This document shows positions 1-12,785 of a stretch of DNA of 34,848 bases, in pieces. Source of the DNA: Rotaria socialis (lineage: Eukaryota); assembly GCA_905331295.1 (NCBI GenBank), contig CAJNYD010000510.1, positions 84,984-119,831 on the forward strand, in the 5' to 3' direction. The notes below the pieces were generated by a model that saw only the letters and a list, made by a program, of their open reading frames with translations, made no database searches and had not been told where the DNA came from. Both the position numbers and the translations under genes were made by a program. The first letter of the stretch is position 1, and each line of letters begins with the position of its first letter.

Positions 1-2
1 AA

Positions 3-224
3 TTGCAAACAAACGAAAAAATATCTGTTATTAATAGTCATGGAACTAATATAAATGATTATTATCTTATTAAAAATAGCACATCACCATTGCCCTATCT
101 GTCAGCTTTATTACCACAAGATCAAATGGATTCTGAGAGTACGGAAGCTATGGAGGACGAAACAGCAGCAAATATATCGCATAGAACAAAATCGTTATCA
201 GCTACAGACGATGGAGAAATGTAA
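3..224 (+). CDS. Probable 3' fragment of a gene truncated by the window edge; product unknown
   Basis: Open frame with an acidic/Ser-rich tail (QDQMDSESTEAMEDE) after a possible acceptor at ~78-79; no recognisable motif. Confidence 0.3.
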   Translation: MQTNEKISVINSHGTNINDYYLIKNSTSPLPYLSALLPQDQMDSESTEAMEDETAANISHRTKSLSATDDGEM

Positions 225-813
225 TTAAGGGTAAGCTGTAAAAAAAATAAAATGTTCATCGAACGCCATTGTAACTGTGTTTTTTTCTTATCCAAAAAGA
301 AAACAGAAATTAATGAAACAATATTTCTCTTGTAGATGATAATAGAAAATATTTTAGCTGAACGAGTTCACAATTATGAGTATAGATCAGAATGGCATTG
401 AATGAAACAAATATTTGACGATCAACATAAGAAAGATATTTGTAAAAATAATGGATTGAATAAATTATTAATAAACGATCAATCGAGATGATGGTTCTAT
501 TGAGTTCACAACGTTTAAAATTGTTAGATATGTTGTATTTCAGAATTTTTATTTAAAGTAATATTTGTGTCAGCAATGTTGCTATAATCTGACATCAAAT
601 ATTCTGACATATAATCATCTTTTCTCATATATATTATCAGAAATTGATAATATGCGTGATCAAAATTAATGGATTGTCGATTTTTTTCCTGTATCATTTT
701 GTTAAGAATAAAGAAAACAAATCTTAGGACTTTTCCTTTCAACAGAAATCCTAGATTTATTATATGCATATTTATATATTCTAGATCTAGTCTTGATCTT
801 TGACTCTTTTTAT

Positions 814-1653
814 ATGTCTAATTCATCGTCGTCTGCATCCCTTTCGTCTCGTTCTGGTGATCATTTACCACATCCGGTTATTCCAAAACGAGAACGAACG
901 CTTTCACAGTAAGAATTCCCTTTTTTGAAATAAGCTGATCATTGTGAATATCCTGTACATGACTTCGATATTTTTCGACATCAGCTATTCAGAACGGTTA
1001 TTAACTTTGTTAGAACGAAGAGATTCTTTATATTCAAAGACTTCAATTTCCGGCTTTAGTTATGAGATCTTTATTAAGAAAGAAGGACAGATCCTTGATT
1101 GAATATCCTATTGGATATGTTCAATTTAAATAAAACGGATTAATCAATTTCTTTTTAAATTACTATCAATATATTTGTGGTTTAGATGTGAGCGGGCATT
1201 ACAAAGTCCATCATATGAAGGCGTAATTACAGAATTTTGTCGTGAAAAAGGTCATGGCTATATTCAACCTAAGGACAATCCTAGTCAACAAATATTTGCT
1301 CATGTTTCTGAGTAATTATTTCTACTAAAATGTTTTTTTTAAGAAATTTTATTATTTTGATTTATTGCTTCAGTATTGATGATGATTATGTACCAAGAGT
1401 AGGAGACAGTGTTTCATTTAAAAAAATGCTAATGCCACCAAAAAACGAAAAGACGATGGCCGTACATATCAAACTTCTTCATTTATCTGAAGGTGTTAAA
1501 CATGAATCATGGGAAGAAGCTGTCGAACACGATATGGAACATCGACGACCATCAAAGATAGGCTCGATACCATCAATACAAGAAACAGCGGATAACGGTG
1601 ATCATGTACAACATGTTGCATCTCATAAATCATGTCTTACACATATTGATTAA
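814..1653 (+). CDS. CARHSP1: Cold-shock-domain protein of the CARHSP1/CSDC2 family (exons 814-908, 1186-1311, 1374-1653)
   Basis: Spliced translation reads RERTLSQ...YEGVITEFCREKGHGYIQP...IFAHVSDIDDDYVPRVGDSVSFKKMLMPPKNEK...KHESW, matching the CARHSP1 pattern (RTRTFS, KGHGFI, FLHISD, PPKNEK, KHETW); GT-AG introns keep the frame. Confidence 0.92.
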
Positions 1654-1892
1654 CTTAACAATTCCATCGTATAGATTTTTAAACAAAGAACGACATATTT
1701 TTGCTTTTATGTGTACTGTTTAAGATTTCTATATATAATTTATCAGTTCTGTATAATGACGCGTTCAAGTGAGACAAGAATCTAAAATCTTTATATATAA
1801 TATTTATCTAAATTAGTATTGTTTATTCTTAGTATGAATAATCATATATTTTTTTCTCTCTTCAGATTTATTAGTAAAATAATCATTAAATT

Positions 1893-4052
<2,160 letters not shown>

Positions 4053-4236
4053 AGATATCAAAATATTTAACAATAGGAAAACTCTCATTAAAAGACAAAA
4101 GCATAAATTTTTTTTATTATTATTCAAGTGTTATTTTCTTCTCTGTTTTTGTCCCGTGTTGTCCTTTATTCTTGAGACAACAATAAACAGAATTTAACTG
4201 GCAAGCAAGCGTCATAATTATTTTTTTAAATTTTAG

Positions 4237-7200
4237 ATGAACGACGATATAAAACAAATTCAAGGTATTAAACGACCTTATGACGTAACTCCATCGGCTA
4301 GTGCTGGTTATCAGCCAGTAGCAAAAAAGAAAAAGGGTTTGTAATGCTTTGTTTTTTGAACCCATTCTATCGATAGACAATATGATTTATTTATCTTATA
4401 GGCGTACCTATTGTTGGTACAACTCTTCGAGAATTAATTCATACAAGTGCTAAATTAGAGTCGACAACTATCGATGGTCGCAGTCGGAATTGTCCGTATT
4501 TGGATACAATTAATCGGTATGATTTTTCAAAGAAAAAAAAGCTTAATTATTTATTCACGGAATAATCAATCATGCGTCGATGTGTTAATTAGGAGTAGTA
4601 GTATCCGTAGCAAGCGATTCATATTTATTTTTAAGATCAAGCTCCGACGAGATCTCATTATTTTGAGCACTGCGTAGATTGCGTTTTTAACTGAGTAGAG
4701 AAAATAGATCACGTGACAAGGTAAAAAAATCTGAATAGTTACGTTTGTAACGATTAAATCTAGAATAATATTTGAAACAATCATTTATTTCTCTTTTTTT
4801 TAGGAGTTTACTCGATTTTGATTTTGAAAAGCTTTGTTCAATAACACTATCAAACAATAATGTCTATGCATGTTTAGTTTGTGGCAAATATTTTCAAGGT
4901 TACCTATCTATTATATTTAAGCATACCTTTAATTTTCTTATTTTTCAAGGTCGTGGACAAAAATCTTGTGCTTATACACATAGTGTTGAAGGAGAACATC
5001 ATGTATTTATTAATCTTCATTCACTTCAATTTTTCTGTTTACCCGATAATTATGAAATCATAGATTCATCGTTAGACGATATAAAAGTAAATGGCGGAAA
5101 ACGTTTGAATCTAAATACTCATTTTAATTATATTTAGTATGTACTGAATCCAACTTATTCAAAAGACCAAATAGAACAATTAGATAAAAATGAAAAAATG
5201 GTTCGTGCTTACGATGGAACTTTATATTTACCAGGTTTGTTCACAACTTAAAAGTGCAATCATCCTTTTAATTAATAATTTTTCTCAATAGGCATTGTTG
5301 GTTTAAATAATATTAAAGCCAATGATTATTGCAACGTCATCTTACAAGTAAATTAATTTTTTTCTTCGATATGAATTTCTAAAGTTACACATTGCTTTCT
5401 TTAAGGCTTTAGTTAATGTGGGTCCACTGCGCGATTATTTTCTTCAAGAAGATAATTATGCTGACATACGTGTAGCACCGGGTGATATAATGATAAATTT
5501 AGTGAAACGTTTTGGTGAATTAGTTCGTAAATTATGGAATCCAAGAAATTTCAAAGCCCATGTATCACCACATGAAATGTTACAAGCTGTTGTTAAATGT
5601 AGTAAAAAACGTTTTCAAATAACACAACAAGGTGATCCTGTGGAATTTCTTGCGTGGTTTCTCAATAGTCTTCATTTAACATTAAATGGTACGAAAAAGT
5701 CCAATAGTAGTATTGTTTATAAGGCATTTCAAGGAAAAATGAAAATTTATACACGAAAAATTCCACCGATTGATTTGGTAAAATGAAAAGAAAAAATTTT
5801 ATTGTCTGTTTCATTGTTGAATTTAACTTTATTTTATAGAGTGAAGATGAAAAACGAAAACTATTAGCAATCGAAGAATATAGAGGTAGAGTCTACAGAT
5901 TTGTTCGTTTAATTTTGCTAAAAAACTTCTTTTTTTTCAGAATATGATGAAGAAACTCCATATTTATTTTTGTCTGTTGATATTCCGCCACCACCATTAT
6001 TTCGGGATGAATTTAAAGAAAGTATTATACCACAAGTACCACTTTTTCAAATTTTAACAAAATTCGATGGACAAACCGCACAAGAACATAAAACATATAA
6101 AGATAATTTTCTCAAACGTTATGAAATAAGAAAACTACCACCTTATCTTATTCTATGCTTTCGAGTAAAACTACCTATTTATATTGAATTTCTCAATGAA
6201 TCGCTTTTTTTCTTTCATCATTTTAGCGTTTTACAAAGAACACATTCTATCTGGAAAAAAATCCAACTATTGTCAATTTTCCAATCAAGTATGTAGATGA
6301 TTGATTATATGATAAATTTAGCTAAACATTAATTATAAAGGCATGTGTAATAGGCTTGCTTGCACCGTGAACTGGATATTAAAAGTAGATATTTATTGAA
6401 GACTAGCGATTATTTTTGTGAGTGGAGACAGAAATATAATAGTTTTTCACAGATACTTCATAAATTTTCTTTTCACACCCTAGTTAACACAATGAACAGC
6501 GAAAAACTTTGTGGACGCATTCAAAAAATAGGAGGAACTAATCTATGTCTTCTTCTTGTTGTTGTTGCAGATTGAAAGCCGTGCATGTCGATGATAAAAG
6601 TAATTTGTCTCTGGGACAGATTATGGAAAGACTAGTTTCTAATTATATGGATTTGTTTCATATTATACACGAGTGACTTTAATCCTTTCGATATTTCTTC
6701 CATAGATAGATTTCCAACAAATAGGATCTTAACCTAAGATCATAGACGTGGATTAGGTATTAACAGATTATCATGACAAGTGTGTTACCGCAGTGTTTAC
6801 TTCGAGGAAAGCATCGTTTTCTCGTATCGAGATGTCAATCAGAATGAAGAAAATGTGTTCGGAGAAATTTCGTCGGAAGTCTTCGGGATCAATATGACCT
6901 TATACTTGTCATCAGTAGTCATTTTTCTATAGTAAAATGTTCTTGGGAATAATAAAAGTACATGTTTTCATACCTTGCAAAACCAGTCATGCACTTTGAT
7001 GCAAGTCAGGAATTTTAATCTGAACACATCTATGTGTATTTAAGAAGATTAACTTTTCTTAATTTACATGAATATTAGTAGGAGGCATTGTATGTAAGCC
7101 AAGGCCAGTTACAACAAAAGGTTGCTCAATTGGTCTCACCGATTTGGCTCATATTTTTATAATAGGTAGCCCTAACAAAGTTAGGAAGAAACTGAAAATT

Positions 7201-9930
7201 TTAGCTCGAACGGATGATCTCTTCTGGAGATATATACATTCGAAGGAGGACGGAGCCGGAATTTTTGTACGCCAATAATTTTCAGTAAATTTTCATTTTC
7301 TCAAGAACGATAAGAGCTGCTACAAAGCGTTTTTCACCATTAATAGTATAGTCAATGGGCTATCGTTTGATGGTATTGAAAGTATCCTATGTTTGAAAAT
7401 ATTCCTCCATACGATCGATCTGGTTCAGAAAATAGGACCCCATTGTGTATGACCGATTGGTCAGATTAGTGAGATGGGTGAATATCAATATAGTGTCATA
7501 TGAAAGAGCACATCAAACTGCATCGAATGGTGTGTTCAAAACCTTGTTATATTGATTTTCAGTAGCGAAAAGTTTTTCAGCAAGAGCACGACATTTTCAA
7601 GAAAAATTCACTTGAAAAGCATTTGCGCTCGTTGTTTTTCATATATTATTTTTATATATTCAAATGTTCGTACGTATTTTGATAGCGCGTGAAATTTTCT
7701 ACTATTCTATAAAAAAATATCTTGAATAACACGTATTGGATGAGAAAACAACAAAGCAGAATAAAGACACCATAGTCCGCGCATTTCTTCAAAACCAACT
7801 TTTGTTCTTTTTTTTAAATTTTTTAGTTAGGCAAATACAAAAGCAGCTATGCGTTCTGATAGAACTTGAAATTCTGCATCTTTCGATATGTCACTGAAAA
7901 GTCACCGAGATGCAAACGAGTATATAGTACGGAGGATAATAGTCGTTCTCAACGAAAATCATCTACAAAAGTTTTCGTATCTAGGTGTTTTCATCGTTAT
8001 AGCTTACTTTGATAGAAAAACGAATAGCACATTTAGAAGCAGCATGAAAAACTGCATTTAACTTGATATTTTTTTGAGAAAAATATTTGCTACCAAAAAC
8101 TCACCCGTTGTACCCCTCAGCAGTTTGTTTTAGAAAATTCACCCTGGGGTCTCCTCCTTCAGATGAATTTTCGGTAAAAAATATTTTTCTCCGAAAAGAT
8201 ATCCAGTTAGATGCAGTTTTTCATGCTGATTGTAAATGTGCTATTCGTTTTTCTATCAAAGTAAGTTATAACGATAAAAACACCTAGATATGAAAACTTT
8301 TGTAGAGGATTTTCGTTGAGTGTAACTATTATGCCCCATACTGAATACTCCTCCGTCTCTTGATGGCTTTTGAGGGACACATCAAAAGGTGCAGAATCTT
8401 ATGTACTACCATAATGCATAGTTGCTGTTCTATTTTCGTACTAACTTAGTTCAAATCACTTGCAGAAAACAAAAGTGGGCTTTGGAAAAAACGTAGATTG
8501 AGGGTGTCATTATTGTGCTTGATGTTTTTCTTATTCCATATGCGTTATTTAAGATGTTTTTGAATAGAATTGTAGAGAATTTCACGCGCTATCAGAATAT
8601 GTACGAATATTTAAATATATAAAAATAATAACTAAAAGAAAACTAGCACAATTTTTTTGCTTTCAAGTGAATCTGCCTCGAAAATATAATAATATTGTTA
8701 AAAACCATTTTGGCACTGAAAATCAATATAACAAAGTTTTGAACACACCATTCGATGCAGTTTGGTGTGCTCTTTCATATGGCACTATATTGATATTCAC
8801 CCATCTCACTAATCTGACCAATCGGTCATACACAATGGGGTCCTATTTTCTGAACCAGATCGATCGTATGGAGGAATATTTTCAAACATAGGATACTTTC
8901 AATACCATCAAACGATAGCCCATTGACTATACTATTAATGGTGAAAAACGTTTCGTAGCAGCTCTTATCGTTCTTGAGAAAATGAAAATTTACTGAAAAT
9001 TATTGGTGTACAAAAATTCCGGCCCCGTCCTCCTTCGAATGTATATATCTCCAGAAGAGATCATCGGTTCGAGCTAAAGTTTTCAGTTTCTTCCTAACTT
9101 TGTTAGGGCTGTCTATTATAAAAATATGAGCCAAATCGGTGAGATCAACTGAACAACCTGTTGTTGTAACTTGGTCGTGACTTATTGCAATGTCGCGTAG
9201 AAATTAAATATGCTTTCATGGCGTGATTAAATTTTGTTGTTAATCTTCTTTTATAGAAGAAGGACAAATATGTCGCATACAATTTTATATTAATAGAAGA
9301 AATTTTGATAGGCTTTGCATGAACATCTCAGCGAATAATTCTTGTCTTTTTTATGCTACCTATCATAATTAAAACTATTGGTTGACATTATGAAGAAAAG
9401 GTTGTTATTTTCTTTTTATCTAATAAAATAGTCTATCATTTTGAAGGCAAATCATCTGTTTCAACGTTATGCTATTTTAGAAACGTGGATCTTCGAGAAC
9501 TATTACCTGAATATCGTATTGAACCATCGGCAATAGCGGAAAGCTCATCAACAACTTATGATCTCATTTCTAATGTTGTTCACGATGGAGAACCTGGTAA
9601 CAAGAAAATTCTTCCTGTTTTGATTAAAAAACTAAGCATTTTCTTTTTAGGGAAAGGTACCTATCGTGTTCACGTTTTACATAAGGTTTGTTAGATTTAG
9701 ATATAAGAAATTCAATAAAGTTTTTCATGTTTTTATTTAGGGTTCAGGTACATGGTATGAATTACAAGATTTACATGTCGTCGATGTTTTACCTCAGATG
9801 ATAACACTCTCCGAATCGTATTTACAAGTAAAAGACTTCGCCTTGTTATATTTATTAACTTAGTATATTACTTTTTTTTCCATAGATTTGGGAGCGTCGA
9901 GATGTTAGCGAATTATTTAAAAAAGTTTAA
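4237..9930 (+). CDS. USP39: U4/U6.U5 tri-snRNP protein USP39/Sad1 (ZnF-UBP plus inactive USP domain), multi-exon with a 3.2-kb intron at 6289-9480
   Basis: CPYLDTINRSLLDFDFEKLC, YACLVCGKYFQGRG, GIVGLNNIKANDY, LWNPRNFKAHVSPHEMLQAV, KNPTIVNFPI|NVDLRE, WYELQDLHV, LPQMITLSESYLQIWERR; stop TAA at 9928-9930. Confidence 0.96.
7097..9182. mobile_element. Non-autonomous foldback (palindromic) DNA element, ~2.1 kb, inside a USP39 intron
   Basis: 7097-8105 is the imperfect reverse complement of 8162-9182 (7381-7563 differs from its mirror ending at 8715 at about 3 positions); ~56-nt central spacer; TA at 7095-7096 and 9183-9184; no credible ORF. Confidence 0.85.
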
Positions 9931-9978
9931 AACATTTTTTGTTCGTTTTGTTGTGTACTCCTGATTTTTGTTCATATA

Positions 9979-10770
9979 TTAAACTTCTTTATGAGCTGAA
10001 TGAAATTTAGGAAAAACTAATTGATTTAAATGTAAAAATAAATTTTGTGGAACTTCAGGTAAATCAATATGTAACGGTTTACATTGCCATAGTAATAATG
10101 TGACAATGAGGCCTAGAAACATATCAATAGAATAATGATGACGTTCAAATATCGTACATATAATATATTGAGTTATATAAAGCCAAACTAATATCGGAAG
10201 ACCATAGCGACATATCCTTGATGAATAATTTTGAGATAATATAGTCAATGAAATAGCTACTACAGTATAAATAGTAACATGTCCACTATAAAGCAAATCA
10301 TTACAAGCACCGCCAACAGTAACTTTGAATGGATTAATAGGTTGAGTAAAATTACAGTGAATTTTCGGAGATGGAAGAATTGTCATAGAAAAAAGACATA
10401 CACGTAATGCACGTGCTATTATTAAACATCGTATGCTTTTTTGAATCGTAGTTAAACCTTTACTACCATTAAGAAAACAGAAGAATATCCAACACAAAAC
10501 TAATTGTTCGACTGATAATCGATAGGCAACACAAAATTGTTTACGAGAAGTAATCTTTCGTAATAATTCATAAAAAAGATCACGCAATGGAATATGATTG
10601 TGTTTAACAGATGATATCACTTGTAATGCAGTATTTTCAATAAAAAATGCTAATGCGAGTAATAATATGTCTCTTAATGATTTCAAAGCATACATTTGTA
10701 ATTCATTACTAACCCGCAGTTTATATTGTTTTCGAATAGAATTGAATGGTAAGTAACGTTCCATTTTCAT
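9979..10770 (-). CDS. Intronless sphingomyelin-synthase-family (PAP2-superfamily) phosphotransferase with plant/protist-like motifs
   Basis: 263-aa multi-TM ORF with PLRD, LRVCLFSMTILPSP, GACNDLLYSGH and ERHHYSIDMFLG, corresponding to the SMS D1-D4 motifs with the catalytic H/H/D. Confidence 0.85.
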   Translation of the reverse strand: MKMERYLPFNSIRKQYKLRVSNELQMYALKSLRDILLLALAFFIENTALQVISSVKHNHIPLRDLFYELLRKITSRKQFCVAYRLSVEQLVLCWIFFCFLNGSKGLTTIQKSIRCLIIARALRVCLFSMTILPSPKIHCNFTQPINPFKVTVGGACNDLLYSGHVTIYTVVAISLTILSQNYSSRICRYGLPILVWLYITQYIICTIFERHHYSIDMFLGLIVTLLLWQCKPLHIDLPEVPQNLFLHLNQLVFPKFHSAHKEV

Positions 10771-12785
10771 TAAAGTTCAATCAAATACTTATCGTACCAA
10801 CGGGATTTCTTGTGATAATGAAACGAATCTTATCTAATCGTACTGACATAGTTTTCAGTCTCGACCATTTTCCCTTTTTAACAGCCTTTCTCTACAGTAG
10901 TAAGATGCAAGCCATCAAGAAAAAGAAACACCAGCAATTGTATTAGCATCGTGTCATGGATACAAGTGAAAAAAACACAAAATTTCGTGCCAACATTTGA
11001 GATTTTCTCCGCTTGCACTAATCGACATGAAATCAAAATAGAGAACTAAGTCAACAAAACATGCATTTCTTTTTGTGTTTTTTTAATGATCGAGTTTTAA
11101 ACTCATGATGGTCTTTTCAGTAACTGGGCAAGGCCATAAAGAAAATTGTTTACAATATGACATAGGCATTTCTGTTACATAGTTTTTTTTCTCGTCCGTT
11201 CTTTCTATGGAAGATAATATCATAGCCACAAAAGGCAACGAGCTGACTGTTTCCGACATTTACAAACATCTATAATGATTAATTATATCATTGACGATAT
11301 TATTCATATGCTTAGCCTTCTATCATCGTGCTACTATGATGCAGATGGTACCAAAAGAACAGTCAAAGAATCCAAGGAAAATCTAGACGAAGAACATAAT
11401 CTTTTAGTTTATCAAGAAAGTAATTGTGAATCATGAGTGCAAAAGAAAGAACCTTGTATTTTTTTTGTATTCAGGCGATTTTCACTTGATAAATTGACGC
11501 AATTAAAGCTCATTTCAAGACAAAAAAATGTAACTTTGATAGTTGATATGGTAGTTTGAAACATTGAAAAAAAATATTCGATGCAATGAAATAATTTTGA
11601 TTATATGCAATAATAAAAACAATAATTTAGTGAAGATTTGATTATATCATAACATTTATTATTAGAAGGAGCACTTTAGAAAATGTCCTGCTCAAAAGTA
11701 GATTAATATTGCATGCAAAAACAAGAACGAACGACAACTACAGTTGACACAGGAATTCGACGCATATTATTTCATTGGTTATTCATTGGATTCTTCTGTT
11801 CCAATAGTATGCATAGGAAACTATCACTTACTCACTCACTCACACACACACCCATCCATTTCTCTTTAAAAATATCGCATCGTCATGGTCTTATCATATA
11901 AAATATGATTCATACGGCAATGGCAAATCCCATTTGGCGTCTCAACTATAACTATATTTTCTAGGAAAAAGTACCGGAATTTTTTCCCCGTTACAGAACA
12001 TTAATAATTAGTGATGAGTTTGTATTGTTTGCATGATATAAATATATTGTCCGAAACAAAAACAACATAACTTTTTTCGAAAATCTATTCCTATTCAAGA
12101 TAACGTTTTATAAAAGTAATCACAAGAAAAAAAAGAACTTTTTACACATCATTTATAATCCTACAAAATAATAGAGCACGAATATGGATACAAACATTGT
12201 CACTGATAAAAATTACAGATGTTTCTCTGACAAACCGTAGCCACTGCAGGATAGGTAAAAGAGGTGGGACTCAAGGCTGGGCTAGTCACACTCATGCATA
12301 TATATATTCGTAATACTGAGAAAAATTCTCGAAGCTTCTTATTGTATAATAATCAAGATAAACAGTTAGTATTTGTATATATATATATGTATGTAGAAAC
12401 TATAAGATTGCATACATTCCTGTTGATTACTAAATGTTGTTAGAAAGATAGTAAGATCATTTACTTTATGTCTTTATGCTTTGTAATTATTTTATCTGAC
12501 TTTATCAAGATATACGCAATATTCACACCTACTGTCTATGTTAAAATGTGAGGTCATGTGCTCACACGCACACACCTCAACAGAGAAAAAAAGTATGCTG
12601 TTATAGAATAAGCATTTTCTTCGAACTATTCGGACTTGTAAGAGCACATACGTTCTTTATTCATCATAGATAAACGCTTGTACTTGTGCATCTTGTGACA
12701 ATATAATATAATCGTAATTTTTATCTCGTACACATTCATTTGTAGATTTACTTATTCATTTATTTTTAAACTAAATCTAAGCCGA

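Noticed and set aside
5292..5347. USP39 lacks the catalytic Cys (NNIKANDY)
   Set aside because: Known family feature; USP39/Sad1 is a pseudo-deubiquitinase
6289..7096. Possible nested gene or pseudogene in the left part of the large USP39 intron
   Set aside because: The frames I translated are short and show no recognisable motif
7042..7096. Faint inverted similarity beyond the palindrome ends (aagaagattaac near 7042 and its mirror near 9240)
   Set aside because: Too short and gapped in AT-rich DNA to move the element boundaries without an alignment
8087..8891. Short ORFs inside the palindrome as a transposase
   Set aside because: 66-74 aa with no DDE or DNA-binding motifs
12551..12560. 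AGGTCATGTG upstream of PNPLA2 (nuclear-receptor half-site overlapping an E-box)
   Set aside because: A single short motif that could arise by chance; no conservation data
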